DNA of 64,000 nucleotides from contig CP128817.1 in NCBI GenBank assembly GCA_051546255.1, positions 558,001 through 622,000 on the forward strand. The letters are read 5' to 3'. Made by a program: the position numbers and the translations under genes. The stretch's first letter is position 1. Each line of letters opens with the position of its first letter. Below the pieces are notes generated by a model. It was not told where the DNA came from, did not search any database, and saw only the letters and a program-made list of their open reading frames with translations. Below are positions 60,351-64,000 of the stretch, piece by piece. The DNA comes from Meyerozyma guilliermondii. Its lineage: Eukaryota.

Positions 60351-60719
60351 TCACTTCTTCTCCACTATCGACGCTACCTTGTCCGTCAAGTCCATAATTG
60401 CTTGGTCTGTCTGGACACCAAATTTGTACCAATCTATGCTATAAACCCAATTCACCGCCTTTATGAGCTCTTCGTTCCAGAGATCCTTGGAAGTTTCCAA
60501 GATGCTCACTCTGCGTGTTTCTTCAAACAGCTTATTGACGGGCATAATTTTGTCATGGCCATGCTTGTGGGAAATAATTTGATGTTCAATAATATCTCTT
60601 GAAGATTGGAGTTGGGAAGATACAAACAATTTGTTTGATCGCACAAACTCACCAGTGTAGTATGTGGCCACGGAAGTGAGTAGAACACCACCTAAGAATC
60701 CATGGATTCTGCCGCCCAT
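60351..60719 (-). CDS. MIC12: MICOS subunit Mic12 (Aim5)
   Basis: MGGRIHGFLGGVLLT, ETSKDLWNEELIKAVNWVYS; first ATG 60719; close to TSC10 as in S. cerevisiae. Confidence 0.85.
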   Translation of the reverse strand: MGGRIHGFLGGVLLTSVATYYTGEFVRSNKLFVSSQLQSSRDIIEHQIISHKHGHDKIMPVNKLFEETRRVSILETSKDLWNEELIKAVNWVYSIDWYKFGVQTDQAIMDLTDKVASIVEKK

Positions 60720-60814
60720 GTTGATTGGTGTGAGCGAAATCACTGGTAAGTGAGCACTTACACCCAACACCCACAGTGAAATTCTCAAGCCTATTTCAGT
60801 AACTGTCTAAGATG

Positions 60815-60842
60815 ATTCTGTACAATTCTGTACATTCTGTAC
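60815..60842. repeat. ATTCTGTAC tandem repeat in MRPL4 3' UTR
   Basis: ATTCTGTAC x3 with one extra A. Confidence 0.85.
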
Positions 60843-60852
60843 TATTCGTATC

Positions 60853-60860
60853 TATTTACA
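60853..60860 (-). promoter_or_regulatory. Puf3-type element overlapping the MRPL4 stop codon
   Basis: ATG TAA ATA spells TGTAAATA. Confidence 0.6.
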
Positions 60861-61743
60861 TTCTGCCCTCCTGCTCCAACGCCGCTTGCAAGGCCAGACG
60901 CAAGAAAGGAAGGACATCGATTTTGTCCAATTTGACTTGGGCTCCACTTTGTCTCAATGCTCTCACCTCTTCCACAGCTTCCAGTGGATCTCTAAGTAAG
61001 AAAGGAAGCTCTTCCACGACACCCTTCAAGGGGTACCCGATCTCTTCCTCCACGTCGGGGTTTTGTGCAAAATAACGAGCCAATTTGATGTGGGACACAT
61101 AATTCAAGCCGTCTACGAATCTTTCGTTAATATCGGTTTCCCAATTGTAATCTTCCAATTGTGGTTGTATACCGAAAAAGGCGTACTGGAGGCGTATCAA
61201 TTTCTCGTTGTAGCTGGCAATTTGGCTGGCATCAGCATCCAAGTACCGTTGGCGAAATTCTTCCAAGTACTCTTGTTGCTGCTGTGTAAAAGTTTGAACT
61301 CTTTCGAAAGCAGTTTGGCGCTCCAACAACACTTGTTTTATACGCTTCTGTGTCAACAAGAGCTTTTCGTCCACCTGGTCGTGGACGTGGGTGTTTCTTT
61401 CGTTGATGGCATCGGCCAATCTCACTTCACGAGCCAACACATTTCTCTCTTTCAACACCAAATACCACAATTGATGGAGATCCTCAAACAGTTTGCGCCG
61501 TAACTCGGCAGTGGTCCAAGCCCTGGACTGGATATCGAGGTCTGAGGCTTCTCTATAACAGGTTTGAGAGTTGTTTCCGTCGGGGAAAAATGCCCACAAA
61601 GGATGGTCGGGAGAAACCTCGAAATTTCTATGTGTGGGTACTATGGGGGGTCTTAGCTGCACCGTACGAAGATCTGTGAACCGCATGGGCTTGCGGGCCA
61701 TAGCTCGCGCGCTGCCGGAGAGGGCTCTGGCTACGGTCTTCAT
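60856..61743 (-). CDS. MRPL4: Mitochondrial ribosomal protein uL29m
   Basis: VSPDHPLWAFF, RAWTTAELRRK(CTG=S)FEDLHQLWYLVLKERNVL; first ATG 61743. Confidence 0.95.
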   Translation of the reverse strand: MKTVARALSGSARAMARKPMRFTDLRTVQLRPPIVPTHRNFEVSPDHPLWAFFPDGNNSQTCYREASDLDIQSRAWTTAELRRKLFEDLHQLWYLVLKERNVLAREVRLADAINERNTHVHDQVDEKLLLTQKRIKQVLLERQTAFERVQTFTQQQQEYLEEFRQRYLDADASQIASYNEKLIRLQYAFFGIQPQLEDYNWETDINERFVDGLNYVSHIKLARYFAQNPDVEEEIGYPLKGVVEELPFLLRDPLEAVEEVRALRQSGAQVKLDKIDVLPFLRLALQAALEQEGRM

Positions 61744-61810
61744 AAAGTTGAAGTTTTTTTTTTCAGTGCGCACAAGTTTTGAAATCTCAACCTACACTCA
61801 CCGCCAAACC

Positions 61811-62053
61811 ATGAGTGACCAGCCATTGGATTCCATACGGTACCAGCTTGATGAAACGATACTAGTGAAGTTGCGGGGCCTGCGAGAGATGAAGGGCAAA
61901 TTACAGGGCTACGATTCCCATTGCAACATGGTATTGAGTGATGCTGTTGAGTTCATATACGATAACCCAAATGATGAATCCAAGCCTATAGAGAAAAAAA
62001 GCGAGATGGTTTTTGTTCGTGGAGACTCGGTGATCTTGATAAGTTCTATATGA
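61811..62053 (+). CDS. LSM3: Sm-like protein Lsm3
   Basis: PLDSIRYQLDETILVKLRGLREMKGKLQGYDSHCNMVLSDA, VFVRGDSVILIS; ATG 61811. Confidence 0.95.
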   Translation: MSDQPLDSIRYQLDETILVKLRGLREMKGKLQGYDSHCNMVLSDAVEFIYDNPNDESKPIEKKSEMVFVRGDSVILISSI

Positions 62054-62247
62054 ATGAACGATGACGAAACGATGTAGACCGACAGGTTGGAGATTAAACT
62101 AGAGTTGTACAGATTGAGATTACAGTCATCTATGAATACTGTCTATGATTAACGGTCTATGCAGATTTTTCTGTGATTAAAGTTCTATGATCAGTTCACT
62201 TCAGTATCTTTTTCCTCATTTCCGTCCTTTCTTTTTGTCTTTTCTTT

Positions 62248-63090
62248 TCATCTATCCTCATTTTCTCTTATTTTCCTCAACTGGTCAACGGCTGCGGCAT
62301 TGGCAAGCCACCTCTCTTTGGCAGCTTGTCCATGTTCCAAAAGTGACCCGATTTCTTCGACCAAGCCACTGATAATCCTGTCGTATTCCTCGACAGTGGT
62401 AGAAGCTGGTGCTGCGTAACCGGTTCCTCGACTAACATCATACACATATTTGTGTTCTAGCTTGCGACACAGCCGTCCTTTTAGGTGCTCCTCCACACTA
62501 TGTTGCCAGTCAATCTCAGCATTAAAGAGCTTCTCCTTGAAAATATTCTGTATTTCAGCCTCTTCAAAGACAAAATTGCTGGAATCTAGGTCGATACTCG
62601 TTGGATCGCTCGTTCCATCGTCATCTTTCCTTATCTTTTGTGTCAACATTTTGGCTCCTCTTGGCCGTAATCTCGCATCAAAACTCTTCGAAAGTGCTTT
62701 CATCTTCTCCAACATGGGCCGCTGGACATCCTGGAGTCTTCGAAGTTGTTCTTTTAGTTCGTTTTGTTGTTCCGTCATGATCTCAAGTTGTCCAGGAAGC
62801 AGCTCAAGATTCAGACTTCGGGTATTATTGTGAATAAATATGATTCTCTGCATGCTTTTGACATGAATACGGTACAATTCGTACACTTTTTCAAGTTCAA
62901 ACCGATATTGTTCAACTTTAACTCGGCAAAGATCATTTTTGGGCGATTCTTCGTTTCGACTATTTCTGCTTAATTCAAGTATATCGTGCCTCAATCGAAG
63001 ATACTGCTGGGAAACCTTGTCATTGTACCGAAGAGCACTTGATATGGACTCCTCTATGAGCTCTTGCTGGCGATTGGTGGTTAGAGACAT
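62248..63090 (-). CDS. Uncharacterised coiled-coil protein (280 aa)
   Basis: ATG 63090; helical and charged with heptad-like stretches; family not recognised. Confidence 0.7.
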   Translation of the reverse strand: MSLTTNRQQELIEESISSALRYNDKVSQQYLRLRHDILELSRNSRNEESPKNDLCRVKVEQYRFELEKVYELYRIHVKSMQRIIFIHNNTRSLNLELLPGQLEIMTEQQNELKEQLRRLQDVQRPMLEKMKALSKSFDARLRPRGAKMLTQKIRKDDDGTSDPTSIDLDSSNFVFEEAEIQNIFKEKLFNAEIDWQHSVEEHLKGRLCRKLEHKYVYDVSRGTGYAAPASTTVEEYDRIISGLVEEIGSLLEHGQAAKERWLANAAAVDQLRKIRENEDR

Positions 63091-63171
63091 CAACTATGTA
63101 TAATGAGATTGATAAATTTGGTGCAGGATCAAGACAAAATCTGCACTTTCCATACTAAAGTCGTTATATCA

Positions 63172-64000
63172 TTATGAGGGATTAGCACCCAATGCCCAGC
63201 CCAAACCAGATGCAAAGAGCTTGGAGATCTTTTCACTCGTTTGGTGGGTGGTGTTTGCTGCCTCGCTAAGTAAATTGTTCACCACCGTTGTCTCCTGCTG
63301 AACTGACAGTGGTGTCAGAAGGTTCTGATAATACATGTCAATCTGATCGTTGACTATTTCCCATTGACGCAACAAAAGCTTGCTATTACCAACACTGTTA
63401 TTGTTGCTTCGACAATAGATGAGTGCAGTCGACAATATTTCTCTTTGCTTGATAAGTACTTGTAACTGAGAGTCACTTATACCGTCCAAATCATTGATCC
63501 AATCCGGCAGCGCATACTTGCCAACCTGGTAGAATGTGAGCCAGTACTCTCCAATATCTTCTGTAGCTTGTGAGTTGTCTTTGTAATGGGAAAATAACTC
63601 CTTGGATCGTTTGTAAGCGTAGGAAAAGTTGTTGTCAATGAGGGCCGATTCAATACAGACAGAATTGAGTTTGCTGAAACTGTGATCGAGATTGTGTCCA
63701 AAAAAGATCCCCAAATCATTGAGGATTTTGTGAAGCTTGCCAAATGCCAAATAAGATTTGGGGTTCTGCTCCAAAATTAGTGTTATTAATGTCATAGGTG
63801 TACCCGAACCAAGCTGAGAACTCGAGGCTCCGAATTTGCTAATGACTTGTGCTGGTACAATTTTCTGTCCATTGACCAGAATCTTAAAGTTTTTCAAGTT
63901 TGAAATTGCTTTGAGTAAGTGCTTGACACCTACAATGTCGCTATGGTCTCCTTCGATGCCATCCATAATCTTTATGCATTCGTGAGCATGCTTAAGTCCA
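63172..64000 (-). CDS. SEC39: Dsl1 complex subunit Sec39, C-terminal part (start outside the window)
   Basis: Frame open to the window edge; CIESAL, YWLTFYQVGKY, end KISKLFASGLGWALGAN; near LSM3-MRPL4 as in S. cerevisiae. Confidence 0.85.
   Translation of the reverse strand, partial: GLKHAHECIKIMDGIEGDHSDIVGVKHLLKAISNLKNFKILVNGQKIVPAQVISKFGASSSQLGSGTPMTLITLILEQNPKSYLAFGKLHKILNDLGIFFGHNLDHSFSKLNSVCIESALIDNNFSYAYKRSKELFSHYKDNSQATEDIGEYWLTFYQVGKYALPDWINDLDGISDSQLQVLIKQREILSTALIYCRSNNNSVGNSKLLLRQWEIVNDQIDMYYQNLLTPLSVQQETTVVNNLLSEAANTTHQTSEKISKLFASGLGWALGANPS

Noticed and set aside
60746..60761. Inverted repeat GTAAGTG-AG-CACTTAC upstream of MIC12
   Set aside because: 7-bp stem with a 2-nt loop; too close to the ATG for an intron and no branch point; likely chance.

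Overview
Gene-dense eukaryotic DNA from a budding yeast of the CUG-Ser clade. CTG falls at conserved Ser positions in Tpt1, Mrpl4, Chc1 and Fgh1, so the supplied standard-code translations mis-assign those residues. A Debaryomycetaceae yeast such as Meyerozyma is my guess and is not proven. The window holds about 45 protein genes, mostly housekeeping: TED1 (partial), ATP5, RML2, EST3, TRZ1, TGL4/5, ATX2, DIA2, BUD21, CDC26, THI5/13, TPT1, MZM1, UTP8, GPP1/RHR2, RPL25 (one intron), MRPS18, MCK1, VPS68, SWD3, SPS1, MRS2-family, RGD2/3-like, MCM21, CHC1, MTC2-like, PXL1, TVP38, an MFS transporter, FGH1, LAS17, TMA7, MRPL8, TSC10, MIC12, MRPL4, LSM3 and SEC39 (partial). There is also one tRNA-Asn(GTT), several orphan ORFs and many short intergenic tandem repeats. 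I found no recognisable transposon, CRISPR array or clearly novel multi-gene system. The best leads are: (1) TRZ1 has an 85-codon AUG-less in-frame N-terminal extension and a Puf3 element in its 3' UTR, suggesting a non-AUG mitochondrial isoform; (2) a 2.9-kb AT-rich gap holds a decayed unidentified reading frame; (3) EST3 has no frameshift; (4) a recurring intergenic motif TGG(C/T)TGC(A/G)AA; (5) an uncharacterised split Zn-ribbon protein. All gene names come from recalled family motifs and gene order, not from database searches.
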